Positions 1-9,047 of a stretch of DNA of 64,000 nucleotides are shown here, piece by piece (position 1 is the stretch's first letter; every line of letters begins with the position of its first letter). Under the pieces are notes generated by a model. It saw only the letters and a list, made by a program, of their open reading frames with translations. It searched no databases and was not told the origin of the DNA. The position numbers and the translations under genes are program-made. Source of the DNA: Syntrophales bacterium (GTDB lineage Bacteria > Desulfobacterota > Syntrophia > Syntrophales > UBA2210). The stretch lies in the NCBI GenBank assembly GCA_963666365.2, contig CAXXNF010000002.1:2208001-2272000 (forward strand), read 5' to 3'.

Positions 1-1076
1 TACTCAAAGAACCGCGCGCCCTCTTCATGGCCTGCAGCCTTCAACACTTCGAACGTTGCCTGCAAGGGCAGCTTCATCATGCCAGTGCGGGGATCACGGT
101 ACTTACGCATAAATTCATCACCCAGTTCCTGTGGCATTCTGGAAGGTTTCACTTTATCAGTTGGGCACCCGATCTTTTTCTCAAAGCAGATCTGCCCATA
201 TAATTCGAGTGCACGATAGATACGTGCGGCTGCATCATCATATCGTGTATCGGCAATCCGCCGGCGTGCGTTATTGATCAGTTCTTTGACCAGGATCACG
301 TCGAAGACCTGCATCCCCTTTGTTTTTTCCATCAACTGGGAAAGAAAGCCGATATGCGCCGCGAGTTCGGCTTTTAAAAGCCGATAGCCGTCGTCCGGAA
401 AGTGTTTTATATAGTGGTCGAGGGCATCCGAACCCTTCTTCAAACAATCCAGCGCTTCTCTGTGGCGAAACTGCTCCCAGAATAGAAACCCATTGGCTAA
501 AAATCGCACCACCTTGAAAAATGTCTCTATCTGCGCCGGCAGTTCGCGACAGCACAAATTGAGAATCTCTATGGCGGAAGCGTAGCGCCTCGAGTTAAAC
601 AAGGTGACGATCTGCCGCTTTTCTTCCTCGGCAAAGGCCGACCATGGGTTCATATCGGCATACATGATCTCATGGCCGTTCTGCACAATCCCCAACCCGT
701 CTTTTGATCGCGCATCGCCACCGACATAGTTAAATCCATAGGCATAACCGGCCGTTGCCAGCAGCAGCGCCGCCGACATCACCTTCGTACCGCCCGTGTA
801 ATCCACCACTATGTCGCACTCGGGCACATCGTATCTCGATGCCCTGTCCACGCATCTCTTGGCTGCCTTGTAGCATTCATAGAGTGAATTAGGATTCTCT
901 GTAATCTCATATTCAGTCTTCAGGGGCTTGAAATCCACACCACTCAGCACGTCCCCCGATTTCTGGGTGGAGTCGTGAGAGGCCAAGAAAATCAGATTTT
1001 CGGGCCGATGTTCGCCAATGCTTTTCTTCAACGGTTCCGGAGACCCGCCGAGGGATATGATCATGATTTTTTTCAT
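1..1076 (-). CDS. CRISPR-associated CARF-domain protein, TIGR02710 (Cas_Cas02710/Csm6-like) family; runs off the left edge
   Basis: Not in the ORF track. Hand translation from ATG 1076 gives MKKIMIISLGGSPEPLKKSIGEHRPENLIFLAS...VVDYTGGTKVMSAAL...NARRRIADTRYDDAAARIYRALE, with CARF motifs GGSPEP and DYTGGTK and the family-typical RYDDAxARxYRxLE. Frame is open to base 1. Confidence 0.88.
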   Translation of the reverse strand, partial: MKKIMIISLGGSPEPLKKSIGEHRPENLIFLASHDSTQKSGDVLSGVDFKPLKTEYEITENPNSLYECYKAAKRCVDRASRYDVPECDIVVDYTGGTKVMSAALLLATAGYAYGFNYVGGDARSKDGLGIVQNGHEIMYADMNPWSAFAEEEKRQIVTLFNSRRYASAIEILNLCCRELPAQIETFFKVVRFLANGFLFWEQFRHREALDCLKKGSDALDHYIKHFPDDGYRLLKAELAAHIGFLSQLMEKTKGMQVFDVILVKELINNARRRIADTRYDDAAARIYRALELYGQICFEKKIGCPTDKVKPSRMPQELGDEFMRKYRDPRTGMMKLPLQATFEVLKAAGHEEGARFFE

Positions 1077-1155
1077 AGACGCCTCGCGTATATATGACGG
1101 GTTCATAAAATCACATGAAGCGCAGTACGTTGTGCCAGCGCTGCTGATTTCTTCA

Positions 1156-2070
1156 TCATCTAATCCGCGTCAATGCCTGTAATCCGAATATCACGTCGGA
1201 CAAATTAAGTGTGCCGTCATTGTGTAAAGAAAAGTCCGCAATTGCAGATGCCACCGCTTGATTAAGCGCTTCCTCGGTATACATGGAAGAAATTTGGGCA
1301 TTGAGTGCCGCTATGGTCTGATCCCGTTGTGCGATGATCGCGTCTTTGGCTGTTTCAGCGGATACCACTGCCTGATCCAGTTCCGCCTGCGTGTACATTG
1401 AAGCAATCTGCACATTGAGCGATTCGATGGTCTGATTCCTTTGAGTAATTATCACATCTTTTGCCGCTTCAGCCGATGCAACAGCCTGTGTAAGTTCCTC
1501 TTGCGTGCACATTGACGTGATCTGTGAATTAAGGGCCGCTATTGTCTGATCCCTTTGAGCAATGATTGCGTCCTCTGAGGCTGTGGCTGATGCAACGGCT
1601 TGATCTAGCTGAGAGTTCGTGTAAAGCGTTTCATTTATCTGCCATACATAGGTGTAATTAAATCCTTCGTTGGGATCATAGCCGGAGGTTATCATTGACT
1701 GTGTGGAATAGACGATATCAACATAACAGGTAGTTTCTCCCACAAGAGTTACTACTATTCGACTGCCGGAAACGGTATAAAAACCACAGGCCCATTGCCA
1801 TACATAGGTCCCGCTTGTATATCCTGACATTTCCATCAAAAATCCCTTGTTTGACACGGAAGCACGCCCTGTAAAGGAAGAAAAATTGTCCTGTGTCAGC
1901 GCTGAAGAACCAGGATACTGTATTGTAAAACTCTGCAACGTGTAATTTCCCATAAGATCGGTATTGGTAAAGGCATGCAAAGAACCGGAACTCAGAATTA
2001 TTGCCAAAATGATAAAAATGTAAGAGTAGGTTCTCTCTCTAAAAACGGTAACGAGTAATGGCGCCTTCAT
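1156..2070 (-). CDS. Secreted or membrane-anchored protein: beta-rich N-domain, about 3.5 x 38-aa stalk repeats, single dockerin-like C-terminal motif
   Basis: Hydrophobic N-terminus ending SLHA; repeats like MYTQAELDQAVxSAxxAKDAIIAQRDQTIAALNxQIxS; C-terminus HNDGTLNLSDVIFGLQALT; RBS AAGGAGG. Confidence 0.75.
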   Translation of the reverse strand: MKAPLLVTVFRERTYSYIFIILAIILSSGSLHAFTNTDLMGNYTLQSFTIQYPGSSALTQDNFSSFTGRASVSNKGFLMEMSGYTSGTYVWQWACGFYTVSGSRIVVTLVGETTCYVDIVYSTQSMITSGYDPNEGFNYTYVWQINETLYTNSQLDQAVASATASEDAIIAQRDQTIAALNSQITSMCTQEELTQAVASAEAAKDVIITQRNQTIESLNVQIASMYTQAELDQAVVSAETAKDAIIAQRDQTIAALNAQISSMYTEEALNQAVASAIADFSLHNDGTLNLSDVIFGLQALTRIR

Positions 2071-2088
2071 ATCCGGTACACGCCTCCT

Positions 2089-2370
2089 TTATTTCAGGTA
2101 ACGTTTCAGATCCCTGTAGCAATTTTCATGGGGGCCTATTGTCAAAAGATCGATTTCCGCATCGTCGAACTCATACGCCACCAGAAGCAGTTTAGATCCC
2201 GCCTTGAACTTGTACACATATACACCGGCGATATCACTTCTCTTAGGTTCCCCCGCATCGGGTTTTTTCATAATCTCTTTGATGGCTTGATCCAAAGCTT
2301 CGATTTCTTTTTTGGTGAGCCGTTTTTTGTGCCTTTCAAAAAGCGGCGACTGAAATACGTGCCGGCTCAT
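2089..2370 (-). CDS. Type II toxin, RelE/ParE superfamily
   Basis: 93 aa and basic; PDAGEPKRSDIAGVYVYKFK...LLVAYE...IGPHENCYRDLK; overlaps the antitoxin stop. Confidence 0.85.
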   Translation of the reverse strand: MSRHVFQSPLFERHKKRLTKKEIEALDQAIKEIMKKPDAGEPKRSDIAGVYVYKFKAGSKLLLVAYEFDDAEIDLLTIGPHENCYRDLKRYLK

Positions 2371-2594
2371 TTCTTCTCACCAAACACATAGGGCATCTTG
2401 TCGCCCGCCTGAATCTGCGCTCTTCCGATCAGAATGTCTTTTATGAACGATATGGGAAGATCAGGATTTTCGTCCGCGACCTTGCCGAGCTTTGCCCAAT
2501 ATTCCACCTGCCCGGCAAGCGACCGGTTTTTCACCTTTGCGTACATCGCAGCATTGGCAGCAAGTTCGTCCGATATTTTAACGGCTTTCGGCAT
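2367..2594 (-). CDS. ParD-like (ribbon-helix-helix) antitoxin
   Basis: MPKAVKISDEL...RSLAGQVEYWAKLGKVADENPDLPISFIKDIL; RBS GGAGG before ATG 2594. Confidence 0.85.
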   Translation of the reverse strand: MPKAVKISDELAANAAMYAKVKNRSLAGQVEYWAKLGKVADENPDLPISFIKDILIGRAQIQAGDKMPYVFGEKK

Positions 2595-2621
2595 GATGAT
2601 AACCTCCGATATTTTTGCAAC

Positions 2622-2650
2622 ATTATATTCCACAATGAAATACAACGCAA
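2622..2650 (-). promoter_or_regulatory. Sigma70-type promoter of the toxin-antitoxin operon
   Basis: Minus strand TTGCGT-17 nt-TATAAT just upstream of the antitoxin RBS. Confidence 0.6.
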
Positions 2651-2703
2651 CCTATCGTAGAGAAAGAGTTTCCCCCAGCTCCCTCTATATAGCGCAGACA
2701 TAC

Positions 2704-4215
2704 CTATGCTTCATCAATAATCCCCTTTATCTTCTGGACTTTTGTCCATTGCTTTTTTGAACAATCCTTTTTGTTCCATCTGCCCTGCATTTCCCAATAT
2801 GCTTTAATCGCCGTGGCGGCACGAGTCTTATTTTTATCGGAAAATTCATCAATCCTGCCAAATATATCGAACACCTGTCGCTCATCTATAGTGGGGTCAT
2901 TAAGTATCAGGAGGTCCCTTTCCTCGGGGGACATCGCTTCCAGTTCGGCTATTTTACGGGCCTCTTCTTTTTGCTTTGCCTCCTCTTCCAGGGCCTGTCT
3001 TTTCGCTTCTTCTTCCGCCTGTCTTGTTAATTCAGCTTGCCTGTCCAATTCCTTGCGTTCCTTTGAAATGATCTCTTCCCTCTTTATCTGCCATTCCCGT
3101 TCCATGTTTTGCAGCTCTTTGCCGCGGGTATCGTCCGTCATTTCGGCTAATTGTGCCCAACCGAACGGCTGGCGTGCGTTCATTGCATTCGGCTTTCGTG
3201 ATTCCGAGGCCAGCCACACCGTGGTGGCATGATCTTTAAAACTTCTCCTTCCCCTGCCCCCCATAATAAGAATATCTCGATGACCCTCGATGGTCACTGA
3301 TTCGGCGCCTGAATGGCGGCCGATTCTCACAGGCGCCCCGCCTTCCTTCGGCAAATATTCTTCGGTCTCAGCAGATAGACCCATTTCACGCAGCTCTCCC
3401 TTTTCTCGTTGCATTTCTTTTTCATAAAATGTCGCTGCACTTTTCAGAATTTCCGCCAATGTTACCGGTGCCCTTATATCGGCGCCTTTTTGCGGCGCTT
3501 CGACAGCAATGGTGCCCTGAAAAAGAGTTCCAGGCTCTATGATCTCGAAGATAAGAGGGATGCCACGTGCATCACGGTCTGTCGGTTTTTTCTTTTGATT
3601 TATCGCATAGACTATTCTTGTCTTCGCTTCGCCTATGGGGTTAAAATCCGAAACTTTGACCATTCTGAAGGGGTCTGATGAGATCCCTTCATATTCCATA
3701 AGCCGTTGTTCCAGTCTTTTCGCATCACGCTCTGTACCTCTTTGCGAAAGTTGTTTTTCCGCTTCTTTCAGATTGAGATAGGCCGTGCGCAGCGCCCCCT
3801 TTATTGCCGAGCCGGGAATATAGGGGCGTTGATCAATACTACGGAAAGCGGTTCGAGGGATCACAAAGCTGTTTAACTCGTTTCTGATCTTGTTCTCATT
3901 ATTCATCGGCACGCCTAGAGTCTGCTTGTAGTGTTCCAAAACGCCCCTGCACAGTGAAATAGAGCGGCCTTGCACGGTTTTTCCCGCCAGAAATTTATAA
4001 ATTTCAAGAATCGAGGCAACAGTGCCTTTTGCACAGAGTTCAGAAAAAACTTGTTTTTCATCATCGCTCAACTGTGAAACAAAGACAAAAGGATCAAACA
4101 CCACCATGCGGCATTCATTTTCGTCAATCGTAAAGCCCGTCGGTTCATATACTTCGTCGCAGCCAACATGTATGGGTGAGATCGTCCGTATATAGAATAT
4201 ATCAGGTGCTTTCAT
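2704..4215 (-). CDS. csm5: Type III-A RAMP Csm5 with long charged C-terminal extension
   Basis: ISPIHVGC, YIPGSAIKGALRTA, DPFRMVKVSD, RIGRHSGAE, PFGW motifs; follows csm4. Confidence 0.92.
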   Translation of the reverse strand: MKAPDIFYIRTISPIHVGCDEVYEPTGFTIDENECRMVVFDPFVFVSQLSDDEKQVFSELCAKGTVASILEIYKFLAGKTVQGRSISLCRGVLEHYKQTLGVPMNNENKIRNELNSFVIPRTAFRSIDQRPYIPGSAIKGALRTAYLNLKEAEKQLSQRGTERDAKRLEQRLMEYEGISSDPFRMVKVSDFNPIGEAKTRIVYAINQKKKPTDRDARGIPLIFEIIEPGTLFQGTIAVEAPQKGADIRAPVTLAEILKSAATFYEKEMQREKGELREMGLSAETEEYLPKEGGAPVRIGRHSGAESVTIEGHRDILIMGGRGRRSFKDHATTVWLASESRKPNAMNARQPFGWAQLAEMTDDTRGKELQNMEREWQIKREEIISKERKELDRQAELTRQAEEEAKRQALEEEAKQKEEARKIAELEAMSPEERDLLILNDPTIDERQVFDIFGRIDEFSDKNKTRAATAIKAYWEMQGRWNKKDCSKKQWTKVQKIKGIIDEA

Positions 4216-5249
4216 GTGTCGATCTCCAGTCTGAATGGGATATAGGGAGCATAACCCTGCACCACGGCCTGAGGAAGGCTCAAGGATACATTCAACACCG
4301 CTCTACCTATATAGGGTTTATCAAAGACGCTCCCTTCATTTGTCAGAAAAACCGCCCCATCATCGGCCATAATGACAGGATTTTTAAAAGGGTTGATCGA
4401 TTTTGCAAGTCTGTCGCCATGTTTGCCGAAACGAACAAAAGGGGTAAAGTATACATCTGAAAATTTCTGCGGTTCCGGGACAGTGGGCGCCAGTGAATAG
4501 CAGGCATTGGCCCTTTCACAGAATGGCAATGGGACTTCGTCGCAGTCTCCCAACGTAAACTGCCCTAAGCCTGTTGACGCATCTTTACCAAATCCGAACT
4601 GCCCAATCCTTTCAAAAGCAGTACAGAGATGATCAATGTCTGTTGCATCCTCATCAATTAGAGCAAAAATTGCAAGTTCAGTCTCCGGATAATAGGAAAG
4701 GGAGCCTTCGGTGAAAGGGGCGAACATACCTTCTCCGGTCGTCATTGTAAGACGGTTGATGGTATTGTGTTGTTGATCAAACCCGGCATAAAATCGACGC
4801 TTTTTTTGCATACGCATTATTTTCTTTGTGTCTTCAGTCAATTGCATGCTTGAAGCTTTTACGAGTTGTGCATCGCCCAAAACGCACTCGGAGCTCAATT
4901 CCAGTGACAAGCTCTCTTTCATTCTCAGCCATTTCTTTTTTTTGTTTTCTTTAAGCTCTTCGAGTCGCTTTCTTCTTTCAGCCGTCTGCGACTTAAAGAT
5001 AATGGAAGTCGGTATATCAGGTCTTTTCACCGCGTAAAAAAATTTTCCGCTATCTTCCAATCTGGGCCATGCGGAAGAGAAAACCGCAAAAGGCTTTTCT
5101 GCGTAGTGCGCAACCCACTTTTCCAATCCACCTTTAAGGAGGGAGTCGTCATAGGCAGCCTGCCAGCACACATGCCCGAATATCGTATCTCCCTTTAACG
5201 GCGTGCCGAACGGTGACAGTGGCTTGATTATTATTTCGAAGAATTTCAA
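4212..5249 (-). CDS. csm4: Type III-A RAMP Csm4
   Basis: SPFGTPLKGDTIFG, FSSAWP, HNTINR, glycine loop GFGKDASTGLGQF; operon position. Confidence 0.9.
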   Translation of the reverse strand: MKFFEIIIKPLSPFGTPLKGDTIFGHVCWQAAYDDSLLKGGLEKWVAHYAEKPFAVFSSAWPRLEDSGKFFYAVKRPDIPTSIIFKSQTAERRKRLEELKENKKKKWLRMKESLSLELSSECVLGDAQLVKASSMQLTEDTKKIMRMQKKRRFYAGFDQQHNTINRLTMTTGEGMFAPFTEGSLSYYPETELAIFALIDEDATDIDHLCTAFERIGQFGFGKDASTGLGQFTLGDCDEVPLPFCERANACYSLAPTVPEPQKFSDVYFTPFVRFGKHGDRLAKSINPFKNPVIMADDGAVFLTNEGSVFDKPYIGRAVLNVSLSLPQAVVQGYAPYIPFRLEIDT

Positions 5250-5254
5250 GGTCC

Positions 5255-5962
5255 TTACCCCCCATTTTCGAATGGATTTACAGTCTCATATTTTTTTTGG
5301 ATGGACTCCTCAGCAAAAACAAAATCTATTCTTCCATAACCACGGCTCCCGCTTCCGCCGAGGAAATCCATCTGCAGTAGTTTCAGTCCTCCCATCAGAT
5401 AATCGAGCAGTTGATCTTCTTGTCCCAACATTTTCAAACATACTGTGAAATCAAATTCCGCACCGGCCGGCACTCTTTCAGTAAAACGTGGGTTTTCCGC
5501 GGTGCCTTTTATACGGTTGATCGAGTTTTCCGACTTTACTTCGGTGAGACTGAGTCGATCTTCCCGGGTCTTGGTTAGCCAGTTTGCATTCAGAGGGCAG
5601 TCGGAAAATGATACTCTGGTAGGTCCAAGTTCCGCTATTTCCTCCGAGTCGGCGCCGCTGGCGCCGAAAAGTTTCAGAATATTCTTACACTTTTCTCGTT
5701 TGACACCTTCCAGCCCATTGAGATCTTTCGCCTGCAAGGGTTTTCCGGCTGTTTTCACCATAAGACCGCTTTCCATTTCAAGAAGGGAGCGCACCTTTCC
5801 TTTAATGGATGAACCGGGAATATAAGGATGTCCTGTATGCGGGTGCTTCACCACCGGATTATCTGTACCGCCAATGTGCATTTCTGTATCGCCCGCACCA
5901 ATATGAAGGCCGCTTTTTAAAATTATTTTCCCTTTGATTTCTTTAATATCCAGAAGTTGCAT
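5255..5962 (-). CDS. csm3: Type III-A RAMP Csm3 (backbone RNase)
   Basis: GLHIGAG, IGGTDNPV with catalytic Asp, YIPGSSIKGKVRSLLE, ENSINR, LGGSGSRGYG. Confidence 0.95.
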   Translation of the reverse strand: MQLLDIKEIKGKIILKSGLHIGAGDTEMHIGGTDNPVVKHPHTGHPYIPGSSIKGKVRSLLEMESGLMVKTAGKPLQAKDLNGLEGVKREKCKNILKLFGASGADSEEIAELGPTRVSFSDCPLNANWLTKTREDRLSLTEVKSENSINRIKGTAENPRFTERVPAGAEFDFTVCLKMLGQEDQLLDYLMGGLKLLQMDFLGGSGSRGYGRIDFVFAEESIQKKYETVNPFENGG

Positions 5963-5973
5963 CGTATTCCCTC

Positions 5974-6360
5974 CTACTTTTCTCCGTATTTTCTGTAAAA
6001 TCCCATGAATGCTTCGAAAAAACTGGCGAACACATCAAGATCTTTATAATTTTCTATCTGGCCTATGCCGTCTTTCATAAAGTCCAAAAATTCTTTCGAA
6101 ACTTTTTTTCTCCCCTCTGCATAGGCAGCTTTAGCTATCACCATGTTGACAAAGGGTACAATGTTATCCCAATCATCAGGATTACCCTTCGAAATGGCAT
6201 TGAGGCGTATAATTTCGTCGAAAAATTTGCGCAACTGTGATCTTTTATTCATGTCTTTATTGCCGCTTTTGTAAATCGTATCGGCCCAGCTCATGGCAAT
6301 ATCCGAAAAAAGGGTGGGATTTAGAGTGCGTTTTTCCTTGTCCTTGTAAAATGTGATCAT
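5974..6360 (-). CDS. csm2: Type III-A small subunit Csm2
   Basis: 128 aa, helical; SQLRKFFDE, KAAYAEGR, FFEAFMGFYR. Confidence 0.92.
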   Translation of the reverse strand: MITFYKDKEKRTLNPTLFSDIAMSWADTIYKSGNKDMNKRSQLRKFFDEIIRLNAISKGNPDDWDNIVPFVNMVIAKAAYAEGRKKVSKEFLDFMKDGIGQIENYKDLDVFASFFEAFMGFYRKYGEK

Positions 6361-6370
6361 GGTTTCCTCC

Positions 6371-8971
6371 TTATCGATAGTTGTACATAATATTCCACAA
6401 TGCTATTTTTAATGTGCTTCCGTATGTTTCAAGCCATTCGGCCATTTCTGAAAACTCAATGATTTGAGAACGCTTTTCCTCTTCCTTCAATCCCTTGCCT
6501 ATATTACGTTCGGTCATGTAGGAAAAAAGCGCACGCCATTTCAAGCACGCCATATCTTCGATATGCACGCTTTTTTTGTTGTCGATTATCCATTTTTCCG
6601 CTTCAGCCATTTGTATAAATCCATTGATCCGATAGACCATTGCGTTATTTATCAGACCATTCTTGTGCCATTGCCATATTGTATTCTGTACAGCTTGTAG
6701 CTGCTCAAATTCATCCCATGTTACCGTTTCGTCAAAAATGGTCACTGAGTTTTTACCCTCACTTCTCTTCGATTTTTCCAGGGCGCTCTCCGCCGCCTCT
6801 GCGAGCGTGTCCAGGGGGGTATGAGGTTTGTGGAGGCTGATGCCTGCTGAAAAGTGTATCTCTTTATTTCCACACACATACTTCTCAAAAAATCGGCGAA
6901 GGTCTTTTGCAAGTTCAATTATGCGATTCCACGGACCTATAAGGAAAAGATCATCTCCGCCGGCAAATATCGTATACACGTCACTAAATCTGCCATCGGT
7001 CTGTAACAGATGAGGAAGATAAATAGTGAAAAAGAAATCCAACTGTCTGCTCATTGCTGCAAGACGCGATAAGGTAAAATGCTGTGGTGTCAATCCACAT
7101 GACATGAGTATACCCAGTTGGTCCACATCGGCCTTTAATGTTCCCAGGGCTTCAATACCGCACCAGCCTCCACCATCTTTTGGATTTAATGCTTTGTTTG
7201 CAATGTGCCCAAACGACTTGAGTCCATCAGTCTTCATCTGATCAATCAATTCTGCTTTCTTTTTTTCACTTTTCTTGCCTTCCAAGAGCCTGTCATCATT
7301 AAAATCTTTATCTCCGTAGACGGGCACATAGCCGTTGATGAATTTATTTGTTACTTCTTTTGCTACGTTCCCATCTGAATCGATTGAAATGTCCCAGTAT
7401 TTCAATAGCTGCCCCGACTTTGCCATGTCCTTCATTTTCCCGTCGGGGAAGAAAATCTGATATTTGCCAAAAAGAGGTTCAAGGAGTTTTTCTCCTTTTA
7501 TGTCTGCGTCGGCGGTCGCAACGGCGATGCGTTTTTCCTTTACAACATGCTGCCCTATGAAGATGGTGTCTCGACAGATGCGACAGGCGGACACCACCTC
7601 ACCGGTAAACCTCGATTGTTCTTGTTCCACTTCCCATACTGAAGGTCGCTTGCCGCAGAAAGGACAAAGTCTTTGTGTAAGATCGTTATTGAAGGCATTG
7701 AGATACCCCTTTACAGCACCTCCATATTTATCGAGATCGACCTTCTGAAATTTTTTTCTTTCCATTTTTTCATTGAGCGCATCCCAGAGGTCATAGAATT
7801 TTTTCTGAACAAAGTGCTCCGGTGATGCTTCCACAGTGGTCATGCCGATGGAATTTTCGCCGAAAGAGATTTTTATCAGCCAGTCATTCACGCTCCTTTC
7901 AACTTCGGCCACCGCATCTTTCACCCTTCTCGTATTCGGTGCAATTATGGTAAATTTCCCCGCTGCATTGAGAAGTACGGAGATCGACGGGATGCCTATG
8001 CGCCGACAGAGCATGTCGGCAGCCAATTCAGAAAATAACGATACTGTAAATGAACGGCCTCTCAGTATCTTTGCGCGGTTTTTTCCAGCCGCACCACTTT
8101 CACTGAAAATGAAATTCTGAATGCCGTAGAAGTCACCGCTGATGAGGAGAAACTTCCCTGCATCATACTCCTTGATGTAATCAATGCTAAAATCATCTCT
8201 ATCCCGATGATACTGATAGAGGGCAACAGCAAGCGCCGCCGTAATTTTTGAGTGATCGTAGAGGGAAACATCGGGTATCACTTTTCCTGCACGCGCGGCG
8301 GGAATGGTTGAAGTGAACACCATCATAAGGCTTGCGAAATGTTCAAACCAGAGTTCTATGTTTTCATCCTTGTGCAAAAGGCGCTCTAGGGCATAGATGA
8401 ACTCATCGAACAGATTTTTATATTCAGTAATTGCCGATTCATTGTCGTCGGAGCGCACATTTTTTTGAAGGTCGGGAAAGATATTTGTTGACGACATTTC
8501 TTTCAATGGATAACAATAGGAATGTACATTCGATGCACCGTTATCTCGCATCAAATTTTCAAAAATCGGCAACAGACGAGTTTTCTTATAATCCTGCCAT
8601 GCCACTGCATGATTGTATTCTTTATCAAAGCTATTCCTGTCCCAGCCGCTGCCTATTCGATCTGCCATTGCAATGATCCATTGAAGGGGTGTTGCCGGTT
8701 TATGATGTCCCGCCGCAAGATTGATAAATGTGTCCTCCATGCCCCAATTGGCCCGATTAAATTCCCGAGGCAGCAACTTTTCAATATGATCGATAAAGGC
8801 GGCGGTATATACGGCGTGGCGATGAGAATGATGTCCATTAAAATAGGGCTGGTAGAGATCTGCATTATCGATCAAAAACTGTTCTGAAATATTCCAGACG
8901 TCTTTATCGGCGAATTTGCCGATATCATGCATAAATGCAGCTATCGCAATCTTGAGGACTGTTTCGTCCAT
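6371..8971 (-). CDS. cas10: Cas10/Csm1 with HD nuclease and intact cyclase palm
   Basis: HDIGK HD motif, VSLYDH, GDFYGIQNFIF, LRGRSF, CPFC..CRIC Zn finger, KADVD, AGGDDLF. Confidence 0.97.
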   Translation of the reverse strand: MDETVLKIAIAAFMHDIGKFADKDVWNISEQFLIDNADLYQPYFNGHHSHRHAVYTAAFIDHIEKLLPREFNRANWGMEDTFINLAAGHHKPATPLQWIIAMADRIGSGWDRNSFDKEYNHAVAWQDYKKTRLLPIFENLMRDNGASNVHSYCYPLKEMSSTNIFPDLQKNVRSDDNESAITEYKNLFDEFIYALERLLHKDENIELWFEHFASLMMVFTSTIPAARAGKVIPDVSLYDHSKITAALAVALYQYHRDRDDFSIDYIKEYDAGKFLLISGDFYGIQNFIFSESGAAGKNRAKILRGRSFTVSLFSELAADMLCRRIGIPSISVLLNAAGKFTIIAPNTRRVKDAVAEVERSVNDWLIKISFGENSIGMTTVEASPEHFVQKKFYDLWDALNEKMERKKFQKVDLDKYGGAVKGYLNAFNNDLTQRLCPFCGKRPSVWEVEQEQSRFTGEVVSACRICRDTIFIGQHVVKEKRIAVATADADIKGEKLLEPLFGKYQIFFPDGKMKDMAKSGQLLKYWDISIDSDGNVAKEVTNKFINGYVPVYGDKDFNDDRLLEGKKSEKKKAELIDQMKTDGLKSFGHIANKALNPKDGGGWCGIEALGTLKADVDQLGILMSCGLTPQHFTLSRLAAMSRQLDFFFTIYLPHLLQTDGRFSDVYTIFAGGDDLFLIGPWNRIIELAKDLRRFFEKYVCGNKEIHFSAGISLHKPHTPLDTLAEAAESALEKSKRSEGKNSVTIFDETVTWDEFEQLQAVQNTIWQWHKNGLINNAMVYRINGFIQMAEAEKWIIDNKKSVHIEDMACLKWRALFSYMTERNIGKGLKEEEKRSQIIEFSEMAEWLETYGSTLKIALWNIMYNYR

Positions 8972-9047
8972 TTTTTAGCATCCCCCTTCTTTGTTTCTTG
9001 TACATGCTATTAAACCGTTGCATTCCCCTTCAATTTTTGCAACGTGG

